The translations under genes and the position numbers were made by a program. The notes beneath the pieces were generated by a model. That model did no database searches, was not told the DNA's origin, and worked only from the letters and a program-made list of their open reading frames with translations. From the NCBI GenBank assembly GCA_045131955.1, contig JBGURN010000196.1, positions 1-56,689 of the forward strand: a stretch of 56,689 nucleotides of DNA, written 5' to 3'. This document shows positions 38,120-46,816 of this stretch, piece after piece. Numbering within the stretch: the stretch's first letter is position 1; each line of letters begins with the position of its first letter. Source of the DNA: Bacteroidaceae bacterium. GTDB taxonomy: Bacteria > Bacteroidota > Bacteroidia > Bacteroidales > Bacteroidaceae.

Positions 38120-38977
38120 ATGAGAAATAGAGTCCTTTTCCTCATCTGTATTTTATCTTTCATTCTGACAGGCTGCAAGACCAGGGGGTATGGCAAATAC
38201 TTTCCTGAGTTCGTGGACCTTGGCCTTAGTGTAAAGTGGGCTACATGCAATATCGGAGCTCAGAGGCCTAACCAATACGGAGACTATTTTGCATGGGGCG
38301 AAACCTCCACAAAGGATTATTATGATGATGACAATTATTCCATCCAGGAACGTTACAACACAAAAGGAGTAAGCATACTTGATTCGTCTGATGACGCCGC
38401 ATACATGTTGTGGGGTGAGGATTGGCGCATCCCCACAAAAGAGGAGATCCAGGAACTCAAACAGAAATGCAGATGGCAATGGACAACCTATAACAACACC
38501 TACGGGTATAAGGTTACCGGACCTAACGGCAACTCCATATTCCTTCCAACCGCAGGACTGAGATTCCAGAACCGGTTGGAACTGTCGGAAATCAATGCCT
38601 ATTACTGGTCAAGCTCTCTTGACAAGACTATGGCAGACCTTCTGCTGTTTGATTCAAGCGTCATACAGCTAACTAACCTGGCTCCTTCGGTAGGCCGTTC
38701 CATAAGGCCGGTACTTTCATCGCAGAAGCCTGTTCCTGTCAAGGCCGTGAAGATCAGACAGAAGACACATGACCTGAACATAGGTGAGCAGTACACTTTC
38801 ACTGCCGAAATCACCCCTTCAAATGCCATAAAGAAATACACATACTGGTCAAGCAGCAACCCCTCTGTTGCTACCGTTGACTCCTACGGAACCGTTACAG
38901 CCTTATCAAAAGGAAGATGCATTATCACGGCATCGCGCGGAGCTTACTCCGACAGATGCCAGCTTGTAGTCAAATAA
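38120..38977 (+). CDS. lipoprotein with a FISUMP/DUF1566-like domain plus a C-terminal bacterial Ig-like (Big_2) domain
   Basis: Lipobox ILTGC. GDYFAWGE, WRIPTKEEIQEL and YWSSS are typical of the Fibrobacter-paralogous/DUF1566 fold, and SSSNPSVATVDSYGTVTALSKGRCIITA is typical of Big_2. Confidence 0.6.
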   Translation: MRNRVLFLICILSFILTGCKTRGYGKYFPEFVDLGLSVKWATCNIGAQRPNQYGDYFAWGETSTKDYYDDDNYSIQERYNTKGVSILDSSDDAAYMLWGEDWRIPTKEEIQELKQKCRWQWTTYNNTYGYKVTGPNGNSIFLPTAGLRFQNRLELSEINAYYWSSSLDKTMADLLLFDSSVIQLTNLAPSVGRSIRPVLSSQKPVPVKAVKIRQKTHDLNIGEQYTFTAEITPSNAIKKYTYWSSSNPSVATVDSYGTVTALSKGRCIITASRGAYSDRCQLVVK

Positions 38978-39006
38978 GAATAGGGAACAAATAGACGATA
39001 TTAAGG

Positions 39007-39035
39007 TAGCAGGCTCTCTTGGGCCTGCTATTATT
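39007..39035 (+). terminator. probable terminator hairpin after the FISUMP/Big_2 gene
   Basis: TAGCAGGC / GCCTGCTA stem, 8-nt loop, then a T-rich TTATTAT tract. Confidence 0.55.
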
Positions 39036-39123
39036 ATATAGGTGTCAAAGGCCTAAATTGCTGATAATCGGGCTCTTTAATATTTCTTAACTATAAAATC
39101 CGTTGCGTAACTATTTTACTAGT

Positions 39124-39131
39124 TACATTTG
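39124..39131 (+). promoter_or_regulatory. putative -7 box TACATTTG upstream of blaI-like gene
   Basis: Exact TAnnTTTG, 25 nt upstream of the ATG at 39157. Confidence 0.45.
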
Positions 39132-39156
39132 CATCGGATAAATAATCCATGCGAGT

Positions 39157-39531
39157 ATGAATAAGAAAGAAATAACCAAGCTTAGTGACAAGAAGGAGGT
39201 CATTATGAACCACTTCTGGGATAAGGGGGCTCTGTTTGTTCGCGAGCTCCGGGAGTTGTACCCCGAGCCGCAGCCCCACTTCAATACACTGTCAACCCAG
39301 GTCCGTGAGTTGGAGACCGAAGGTTTCCTTGACCATAAGGCATATGGCCCCACCTATCAGTATTATCCTATAGTTACACGTGAAGAGTACAGCAGGTTCC
39401 GTGTAGGCGGATTGATAGGAAACTACTTCGATAACTCATACCTGAATGCCGTATCGGCATTTGTGGGTGAAGGCAAGGTATCAATCGATGAACTCAAGGA
39501 GCTTATCAGTCATCTGGAGAACAATAAATAA
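39157..39531 (+). CDS. BlaI/MecI/CopY-family transcriptional repressor
   Basis: 124 aa with a winged-helix N-terminus (..LSTQVRELETEGFLDHKAYGPTYQYYP..). It is immediately followed by an M56 sensor gene. Confidence 0.8.
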   Translation: MNKKEITKLSDKKEVIMNHFWDKGALFVRELRELYPEPQPHFNTLSTQVRELETEGFLDHKAYGPTYQYYPIVTREEYSRFRVGGLIGNYFDNSYLNAVSAFVGEGKVSIDELKELISHLENNK

Positions 39532-39539
39532 CCACGGTC

Positions 39540-40661
39540 ATGGAGACATTTCTCATTTACATAGTAAAGGTTGCTGCCATAACCGCAGTTTTCTATCTGT
39601 TCTACCGTCTTATGCTGAGCCGTGACACCTGGCACAGGTTTAATCGTATCATGCTTCTTGCAACGGCCATATTGTCATTCGCTCTCCCTGTTTGCATTAT
39701 AACCCTGCATAAGACTCAGTTGATTGAAACGCCCCTTTCATCGGTCGATACGGCCGATACGGTGTTAATGCAGGAGCAGAGTGCTGTATGGTGGCAGATT
39801 GCTCTATTAGTTGTATACTTAATCGGAGTGCTTGCGGTACTGGTCAGGACATTCATATCAATACTAAGTGTGCGCCGGGTTATAAAACAAGCGTCGGTAG
39901 AGGTATTACCCGATGGAAACGAGGTTTATATAATGCAGGGAAACGGAGCCTCATTCAGTTGGATGGGACACATAGTAATCTCACGAGAGGACTGGGATTG
40001 CGGCAACACCGCAATCATAAAGCATGAGCAGGCTCACGTAAGACTGCACCATTCCACCGATGTGCTGATTGTGGATATCATCACTGCAGCACAATGGTTC
40101 AACCCCGCCATATGGATGTTACGTACGGATCTGAGGGCCGTTCATGAATTTGAGGCCGATGACAACGTACTCCGCGACGGAACAGATCTAAGAAGTTATC
40201 AGTATCTGCTTATAAGCAAAGCGGCCGCAATGAGCGGATACACGATAGCCAATAATTTTAATCACAGTATCTTAAAAAACAGAATCTTTATGATGGAAAA
40301 GGAAAAGACAACCGCCGGAAGGGCCTGGAAGGCTCTCTGGATTCTCCCCTTGGTTTGCATTTGTCTGGCAGCTAACGCCAAGCATGAGGTAAACTATGTC
40401 TATGAGGATCAGGCTCAAAAGAGCGCCGATCAGCAAACGGTCAACTGGAAAGTTTCAGCCACGATCAAGTACAACGAGGATTCCACGACAGGAGAGGCCT
40501 CCCTGCAATACAAACAATCCGGAGAGCTGACACCTGAGGAGGTTATCAGCAATATCCAGAAACTTCCCGGTGTTGAGATGGACTCTGTCGGCAACGTAAC
40601 CGTGAACGGAAGGCTTGTATCAAAAATCCTCTATAACGGTGAGGAAGTGGAGGTAAAGTAA
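39540..40661 (+). CDS. BlaR1-like M56-peptidase-domain membrane sensor with an atypical C-terminal domain
   Basis: Four N-terminal TM segments, the zinc motif HEQAHVRLHH (HExxH), a further TM, then about 100 aa ending LPGVEMDSVGNVTVNGRLVSKILYNGEE. Confidence 0.75.
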   Translation: METFLIYIVKVAAITAVFYLFYRLMLSRDTWHRFNRIMLLATAILSFALPVCIITLHKTQLIETPLSSVDTADTVLMQEQSAVWWQIALLVVYLIGVLAVLVRTFISILSVRRVIKQASVEVLPDGNEVYIMQGNGASFSWMGHIVISREDWDCGNTAIIKHEQAHVRLHHSTDVLIVDIITAAQWFNPAIWMLRTDLRAVHEFEADDNVLRDGTDLRSYQYLLISKAAAMSGYTIANNFNHSILKNRIFMMEKEKTTAGRAWKALWILPLVCICLAANAKHEVNYVYEDQAQKSADQQTVNWKVSATIKYNEDSTTGEASLQYKQSGELTPEEVISNIQKLPGVEMDSVGNVTVNGRLVSKILYNGEEVEVK

Positions 40662-40677
40662 CCGGAACAACTTACAA

Positions 40678-40709
40678 GAGGCAGGACACTTTTCATGGTG
40701 TCCTGCCTC
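40678..40709. terminator. bidirectional terminator hairpin between the blaR1-like gene and PAP2 paralog 1
   Basis: 12-bp perfect stem GAGGCAGGACAC / GTGTCCTGCCTC, 8-nt loop, T-rich after the stem. Confidence 0.75.
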
Positions 40710-40715
40710 TCTATT

Positions 40716-42089
40716 TTATTTTACCTTGGAATTATACTCCGACGTAGCTTCAGAGAGCAGTTTCCGGAACGAATCCGTAGAGTTAAGATGGGCCAGGGTG
40801 GCTGCGGCCATTATCCGGCCCGGCACAATATCTGATGCCCAATGCTGACCAGTAATTATACCGCTCTCACCCATGCGAAAGCCCAGGGAGAGCAAGTCAT
40901 TTGCGTGGTCGGGAGCTATCTCCGTAAGAAGCAGTGCCACTCCCCATCCTATTTCCGATTCCACCGATGGATACGACGAAGTCTTACTGTCATAGGCTCC
41001 TGCAAAAGGAATCTCTCCAAGCTGTACATACGGACGTTTGCGGAACTGACTTGCCCCTGCCAGGTCCGATGCGTTATCCCTCAAAGCAGTGACAGCCAGA
41101 CTGGTCAAAGCGGCCAGTTTGGGAGTTGACTTAAGGTTCATCTTTAAACCGAGAGGCTCGGAAAAGGCGGAAAGCAGAGTCTCCAGGCTGAGTTCGGCAT
41201 CGGCCTTGGCCTGATCTCCACGCTGTCCTGTACGTTTGCCTTTGGCATCCATATAACGGGCTACGTCACCATAGTAACGGTAGCTTGCTGTATCGACAGG
41301 CTCGGAAAGGATACGCTCTCCATGAGGTAAACCGGATATACCGGGAGTGCGACCCGATTTTTCATAGTATTCTTTGCGTGCAGCCTCCATGTCAGACATG
41401 AAATCAGGGACGGAATGCATTGCGGCTACGATAGCCGACGCACACATGTAACCTGCATAGACATCGCTCTGGTAGTGTGCCGATACAATCACGCGGCTCT
41501 CACCATACTCAAAGCCCCGACGCAGGATGGTATCCTGATACTCGGGTGCCATCTCAGCCAGCACAAGCGCAGTCGCCATGCCTCGTGTGGTATGACCCGA
41601 GGGATATGAACCGCTGGTACGCAGACTCTCCAGACGGTCGGCACGACCTGTGGGAATCTCGTTGAAACGGATTACAGGACGGATGCGCATATATTTCTCC
41701 TTGGGGTTCTTTGAGGTCTGCTCAGCAGTATGATAGCTGCGGGACATGAGATTATATATGGCAGGAGTCTCTGTACGGCTTATAGTGAAGCCAAGAGCCT
41801 CGGAGTATATGCGCGTCATCTCGGTAGTACCGGACTGTGACTCCTCACTGGCCCTCTCGCCACGCTCGGTAAAACGGACTGTCTTACCCCACTGCCACTG
41901 GACGAAATCATCTATATACTCAACGTCACATGTATCGGGCGGCGCCGGCAGGAATATGCCGCCATCGGGTTGGTTCTCCCTCTGGATATAGAGATTTGCA
42001 GTTGTGCCTCTCTGCGGGAACTGGGAGTAGACAACCTGAAATGAACAGAGCACCCATAGAGATGCTAAATACAGACTTGACTTTCTCAT
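40716..42089 (-). CDS. secreted tandem-domain PAP2 (class A acid phosphatase-like) protein, paralog 1
   Basis: Has a signal peptide. The N-domain carries the full signature KEKYMRIRP / PSGH / SRVIVSAHYQSD. The C-domain is a degenerate repeat (FRKRP / PSVE / SGIITGQHWASD). Confidence 0.8.
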   Translation of the reverse strand: MRKSSLYLASLWVLCSFQVVYSQFPQRGTTANLYIQRENQPDGGIFLPAPPDTCDVEYIDDFVQWQWGKTVRFTERGERASEESQSGTTEMTRIYSEALGFTISRTETPAIYNLMSRSYHTAEQTSKNPKEKYMRIRPVIRFNEIPTGRADRLESLRTSGSYPSGHTTRGMATALVLAEMAPEYQDTILRRGFEYGESRVIVSAHYQSDVYAGYMCASAIVAAMHSVPDFMSDMEAARKEYYEKSGRTPGISGLPHGERILSEPVDTASYRYYGDVARYMDAKGKRTGQRGDQAKADAELSLETLLSAFSEPLGLKMNLKSTPKLAALTSLAVTALRDNASDLAGASQFRKRPYVQLGEIPFAGAYDSKTSSYPSVESEIGWGVALLLTEIAPDHANDLLSLGFRMGESGIITGQHWASDIVPGRIMAAATLAHLNSTDSFRKLLSEATSEYNSKVK

Positions 42090-42102
42090 AAGCTATGACA
42101 AA

Positions 42103-42139
42103 AATACCGTGGTGAAAAGGCGTTTTTCACCACGGTATT
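42103..42139 (-). terminator. terminator of the frdCAB operon
   Basis: 16-bp perfect stem AATACCGTGGTGAAAA / TTTTCACCACGGTATT, 5-nt loop, 20 nt after the frdB stop. Confidence 0.75.
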
Positions 42140-42159
42140 GATTATTAAAACCGATGTAA

Positions 42160-42915
42160 TCAGTCGCTCAGCTTGGCAGCGATGAACTCGCGGTTCAGGC
42201 GGGCGATGTTGCTGATGCTGATGCACTTGGGGCACTCGGCCTCGCAGGCACGGGTGTTGGTGCAGTTACCGAAACCAAGCTCGTCCATCTTGGAAAGCAT
42301 GGCCTTGGCGCGACGGGCAGCCTCTACCTGACCCTGCGGGAGCAGAGCAAGCTGGCTAACCTTAGCACTTACAAACAGCATAGCTGAACCGTTCTTGCAG
42401 GCTGCAACGCAGGCACCGCAACCGATGCAGGCTGCAGCATCCATAGCCAGGTCTGCCTTCTCCTTTGAGATAGGTATTGCGTTGGCATCGGGCACACCGC
42501 CTGTGTTGATTGATACGTAACCACCGGCCTGCATGATCTTGTCATATGCACGACGGTCAACCATAAGGTCACGGATTACGGGGAAACCGGCTGAACGCCA
42601 CGGCTCAACGGTGATGGTCTCACCATCCTTGAAACGGCGCATGTAGAGCTGGCAGGTGGTAGCACCTGTAGCAGGTCCGTGCGGATGACCGTTGATGTAG
42701 AGTGAGCACATACCGCAAATACCCTCGCGGCAGTCATGATCGAACACAACAGGCTCCTCACCTGCATTGATGAGCTGCTCGTTCAGAATGTCAAGCATCT
42801 CAAGGAATGAGGTATCGGTGGGGATATCCTTCATTTCATACACCTTGAACTGGCCCTTCTCCTTAGGACCTCTCTGGCGCCATATTTTCAGTTTGAAGCT
42901 TATATTCTTTTCCAT
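42160..42915 (-). CDS. frdB: succinate dehydrogenase/fumarate reductase iron-sulfur subunit
   Basis: Cys clusters CREGICGMC (2Fe-2S), [11 protein letters not shown] and [12 protein letters not shown]. Confidence 0.92.
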   Translation of the reverse strand: MEKNISFKLKIWRQRGPKEKGQFKVYEMKDIPTDTSFLEMLDILNEQLINAGEEPVVFDHDCREGICGMCSLYINGHPHGPATGATTCQLYMRRFKDGETITVEPWRSAGFPVIRDLMVDRRAYDKIMQAGGYVSINTGGVPDANAIPISKEKADLAMDAAACIGCGACVAACKNGSAMLFVSAKVSQLALLPQGQVEAARRAKAMLSKMDELGFGNCTNTRACEAECPKCISISNIARLNREFIAAKLSD

Positions 42916-42932
42916 AGTGATGCTTAATTTAA

Positions 42933-44897
42933 TCAGTTCTTGTAATTACGGGTCTGAACCTTAATGTACTCGTAGTTGAGGGGCTCCTTGAGCAGCTCAG
43001 GTGCCTTGCCCTCACCCTGATAGTTCCAGCAAGCTACGTATGAGAACTTGTCGTCATGACGCAGAGCCTCACCCTCGGGTGTCTGATGCTCCTCGCGGAA
43101 GTGACCGCCGCAAGACTCCTCACGGTTAAGACCGTCATAAGCCATAAGCTTACCGATCTCAATGAAGTCAAGCAGACGCAGAGCCTTCTCAAGCTCAACA
43201 TTAAGTGTCTGGGCATCACCCGGAACACGCAGGTCTGACCAGAAGGTCTTCTCAACCTCATCCAGTTTCTGGAGAGCTGTCTTGAGAGACTCCTCTGTAC
43301 GGCCCATACCTACATACTCCCACATGATGTGACCAAGCTCCTTATGGATAGAATCAACGGAACGCTTACCGTTAATGCTCATGATCTTGGCAATCTTCTC
43401 CTTGACAGCCTTCTCAGCTGCATCGAACTCAGGCAGGTCGGTGCTGAAACGCGGAACCTGGATCTGATCAGCCAGATAGTTCTGGATGGTGTAGGGGAGA
43501 ACAAAGTAACCGTCGGCAAGACCCTGCATAAGGGCAGAAGCACCGAGACGGTTAGCTCCGTGGTCTGAGAAGTTGCACTCACCGATAGCGAACAGACCGG
43601 GAATAGAGGTCTGCAGCTCGTAGTCAACCCAGATACCACCCATTGTGTAGTGGATGGCGGGGAATATCATCATAGGATTCTCGTACGGGTTAACATCGGT
43701 GATTTCCTCATACATGTCAAACAGGTTACCGTACTTGTCGGCAACAGCCTTCTTGCCAAGACGCTGGATAGCGTACTTGAAATCAAGGAATACTGCAAGA
43801 CCTGTATTGTTCACGCCGAAGCCCTTGTCGCAACGCTCCTTTGCAGCACGTGAAGCAACGTCACGGGGAACCAGGTTACCGAATGCGGGATAGCGACGCT
43901 CCAGATAGAAGTCGCGGTCCTCATCGGGTATATCGTTAGGATTGAGCTCACCCTTCTGGAGTTTCTGAGCATCCTCAAGTTTCTTGGGAACCCAGATACG
44001 TCCGTCGTTACGCAGAGACTCTGACATAAGAGTCAGCTTGGACTGCTTGTCACCGTGTACGGGGATACAGGTGGGGTGGATCTGAGCAAATGCGGGGTTG
44101 GCGAACCAGGCACCCTTGCGGTAGCACTGCATTGCAGCAGAACCGTTACTGCCCATGGCGTTGGTTGACAGGAAGTAGGTGTTACCGTAACCGCCTGTAC
44201 CGATAACTACGGCGTGGGCTGAGCAACGCTTGATCTCACCGGTAACAAGGTCACGATAGATGATACCACGTGCACGCTCCTTACCGTTCTCATCCTTGAT
44301 CATTACAAGGTCAAGCATCTCGCAACGGGTGAACAGCTCTACGTTGCCCTGATTTACCTGATAGCTCAGAGCTGAGTAGGCACCCAGAAGCAGCTGCTGT
44401 CCGGTTTGACCGCGGGCATAGAATGTACGCGATACCTGAGCACCACCGAATGAACGGTTGGCCAGAGTGCCGCCGTACTCACGGGCAAAAGGTACGCCCT
44501 GTGCTACGCACTGGTCGATGATATTGTTTGATACCTCAGCCAGACGGTAAACGTTGGCCTCACGTGAACGGTAGTCACCGCCCTTGATGGTATCGTAGAA
44601 AAGACGATATACTGAGTCACCGTCGTTCTGGTAGTTCTTGGCGGCGTTGATACCACCCTGAGCTGCGATTGAGTGAGCACGACGGGGTGAATCCTGGATG
44701 CAGAAGCACTTTACCTTGAAACCAAGGTCACCAAGTGTAGCGGCAGCAGATGCGCCGGCCAGACCTGAACCTACAACGATAATGTCAAGCTTGCGCTTGT
44801 TAGCGGGGTTGACAAGTTTCTGATGAGCCTTATAGTTGGACCATTTCTCAGCCAACGGGCCCTCGGGGATTTTTGAATCTATAGTAGCCATATTCAT
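42933..44897 (-). CDS. frdA: succinate dehydrogenase/fumarate reductase flavoprotein subunit
   Basis: Motifs are the FAD fold [12 protein letters not shown], the covalent-FAD His region [15 protein letters not shown], and HPTCIP.. in the catalytic region. The start could also be ATG 44891. Confidence 0.93.
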   Translation of the reverse strand: MNMATIDSKIPEGPLAEKWSNYKAHQKLVNPANKRKLDIIVVGSGLAGASAAATLGDLGFKVKCFCIQDSPRRAHSIAAQGGINAAKNYQNDGDSVYRLFYDTIKGGDYRSREANVYRLAEVSNNIIDQCVAQGVPFAREYGGTLANRSFGGAQVSRTFYARGQTGQQLLLGAYSALSYQVNQGNVELFTRCEMLDLVMIKDENGKERARGIIYRDLVTGEIKRCSAHAVVIGTGGYGNTYFLSTNAMGSNGSAAMQCYRKGAWFANPAFAQIHPTCIPVHGDKQSKLTLMSESLRNDGRIWVPKKLEDAQKLQKGELNPNDIPDEDRDFYLERRYPAFGNLVPRDVASRAAKERCDKGFGVNNTGLAVFLDFKYAIQRLGKKAVADKYGNLFDMYEEITDVNPYENPMMIFPAIHYTMGGIWVDYELQTSIPGLFAIGECNFSDHGANRLGASALMQGLADGYFVLPYTIQNYLADQIQVPRFSTDLPEFDAAEKAVKEKIAKIMSINGKRSVDSIHKELGHIMWEYVGMGRTEESLKTALQKLDEVEKTFWSDLRVPGDAQTLNVELEKALRLLDFIEIGKLMAYDGLNREESCGGHFREEHQTPEGEALRHDDKFSYVACWNYQGEGKAPELLKEPLNYEYIKVQTRNYKN

Positions 44898-44913
44898 CGA
44901 ATTCGTTTAGGGT

Positions 44914-45597
44914 TTAACAAAGGCTCTTGAAGAAGTAGAAATAAACTACGCTCAGGAAACCCAGGATTACCAGTGTAACGTAGATGTTACCGATAACCTG
45001 CCAGCGTTTCTGCCACTTGCTGCCACTCCAACCTACAGTCTGGAACATGCTCCAGAAACCGTGTGAGAGGTGGAACCAGAGAGCAGCCAGCCAGATGGTG
45101 TAGATAACTACAAAGTACCACTGTGAGAATGTGTACTGGATAAGGAAAGCACCATCGGTAGGAGCAACGGCAATTCCGTTAACCACGGCCTGTGAATCAA
45201 GCAGCTCCTGAAGCTGCATCTTGGACCAGAAGTTTACAAAGTGTACCAGAAGTCCTACAAAAACAATGATACCCAGTACCAGCATGTTCTGTGAAGCCCA
45301 CTCTACAGACTTGGGTCTCTCGGAAACAGCGTACCTTACATTGCCGCGAGCCTTACGGTTCTGAATAGTCAGAATGAAGGCGAATACAAAGTGGAGGACC
45401 ATAAGGATAGCCAATCCTACTGTACCTACCAGTGCATACCAGTTGGCTCCCAGGAATTCGCAGATGACATTGTAAGCGTCGCCCGAGATAAGAGCCACGC
45501 AGTTCATTGCCATGTGGAATGTGAGGAACAGGATCAGAGCAGCACCGGTCACGCTCATCACCACCTTACGTCCGATTGAAGAATCAGTTAACCACAT
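44914..45597 (-). CDS. frdC: fumarate reductase/succinate dehydrogenase cytochrome b subunit (b558 type)
   Basis: 227 aa with about 5 TM helices carrying conserved His residues. It is the first gene of the frdCAB arrangement typical of Bacteroidota. Confidence 0.85.
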   Translation of the reverse strand: MWLTDSSIGRKVVMSVTGAALILFLTFHMAMNCVALISGDAYNVICEFLGANWYALVGTVGLAILMVLHFVFAFILTIQNRKARGNVRYAVSERPKSVEWASQNMLVLGIIVFVGLLVHFVNFWSKMQLQELLDSQAVVNGIAVAPTDGAFLIQYTFSQWYFVVIYTIWLAALWFHLSHGFWSMFQTVGWSGSKWQKRWQVIGNIYVTLVILGFLSVVYFYFFKSLC

Positions 45598-45649
45598 AAT
45601 TAGTTTGAGTTTTTATTAGTTTTGGTTTGTGTCTACTTTGAAAAGTCTG

Positions 45650-45657
45650 CAAATATA
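45650..45657 (-). promoter_or_regulatory. putative -7 box (TATATTTG on the minus strand) for frdCAB
   Basis: Plus-strand CAAATATA, 52 nt upstream of the ATG at 45597. Confidence 0.45.
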
Positions 45658-45711
45658 CTCACAAAAGCGTATTAATACAATATGTATTAGGTGGATTCTT
45701 GCATTGTTTCA

Positions 45712-45719
45712 TATCTTTG
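45712..45719 (+). promoter_or_regulatory. putative -7 box TATCTTTG upstream of the rhodanese-MBL gene
   Basis: Exact TAnnTTTG, 24 nt upstream of the ATG at 45744. Confidence 0.45.
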
Positions 45720-45743
45720 CCCCCAAACCAAAACAACTTAACA

Positions 45744-46814
45744 ATGAGAACCAAATCACTTTTCCTGTCTGTTTCCATTCTGTTGTCAACCCTCACATCA
45801 TGTAATGCCAACGCATGGACAGACCTCACTCCCGATGAATTTGAAAAGGTCTACATCGCTGACGGTACAGTGACCATTGATGTCCGTTCGGCCGAAGAGT
45901 ACGCAGAGGGACACCTCTATCATGCAATCAACATTGACTGGCAAAAGGACGGTTTCATCGATGAAATCAGCAATCTGTTCCACAAGGAGATGACACTGGC
46001 CATCTACTGCCGCAGCGGCAAGAGAAGTGCTGCCGCAGCCCAGGCTCTTTCCGATGCAGGTTGCAAGGTATTGAACCTCATAGGCGGATTTACCGCATGG
46101 TCCGAGGCCGGCAAGATGTCCAACACATATCAGGTGGAGTGCATCGCCGACAAGGGTAAGAACGACCCGTTGCTTGTTACCCTCATAAAGCATGGCTCAC
46201 TGGAATTCTCATACAAGGGTGTATCAATCCAGATTGACCCCGTCACAGGCTATGGCAAAAACACGGATTATGCAAAGGAATTCCCTAAGGCCGATGCCAT
46301 CCTGATTACTCATGAACACGGTGACCACCTTGACAAGGACGCCATCCTGGCTCTCTCAAGAATTGGAACCAAAGTGATAATGAACGAGAAATCACACCAG
46401 CAGACAGGATTGGGCGAGGTTCTGGCCAACGGACAGAGGGTCGGGTTGGCTGCAGGCATTGCTGTCGAAGCGTATCCCGCATATAACACGACCCCGGGCC
46501 GTGAACAGTTCCATCCCAAAGGCAACGGAAACGGTTATCACCTCCATTTCTGGGGGACCCTGAACGCTTATGTAGCAGGTGACACCGAGGATATTCCGGA
46601 ACTGGCCGATATACGCAAAAACAATCAGCACAGGGTAACCGTGGCATTCCTTCCTGTAAACCAGCCCTACACCATGACTGTTGACCAGTGCGTAAAAGCA
46701 ACCGAAATGATAAAGCCTGAGATTCTCATTCCTTATCATTTCGGTCAGACAGACTTATCAGAACTGCCCGGTCTCCTTCCGGACACTGAAGTCCTGCTGC
46801 GTGATATGCAGTAA
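45744..46814 (+). CDS. exported rhodanese-domain / MBL-fold metallo-hydrolase fusion lipoprotein
   Basis: Lipobox LTSC. The rhodanese active-site loop is IYCRSGKRSAAAA, and the MBL domain carries LITHEHGDHLD (HxHxDH). Confidence 0.75.
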   Translation: MRTKSLFLSVSILLSTLTSCNANAWTDLTPDEFEKVYIADGTVTIDVRSAEEYAEGHLYHAINIDWQKDGFIDEISNLFHKEMTLAIYCRSGKRSAAAAQALSDAGCKVLNLIGGFTAWSEAGKMSNTYQVECIADKGKNDPLLVTLIKHGSLEFSYKGVSIQIDPVTGYGKNTDYAKEFPKADAILITHEHGDHLDKDAILALSRIGTKVIMNEKSHQQTGLGEVLANGQRVGLAAGIAVEAYPAYNTTPGREQFHPKGNGNGYHLHFWGTLNAYVAGDTEDIPELADIRKNNQHRVTVAFLPVNQPYTMTVDQCVKATEMIKPEILIPYHFGQTDLSELPGLLPDTEVLLRDMQ

Positions 46815-46816
46815 TA

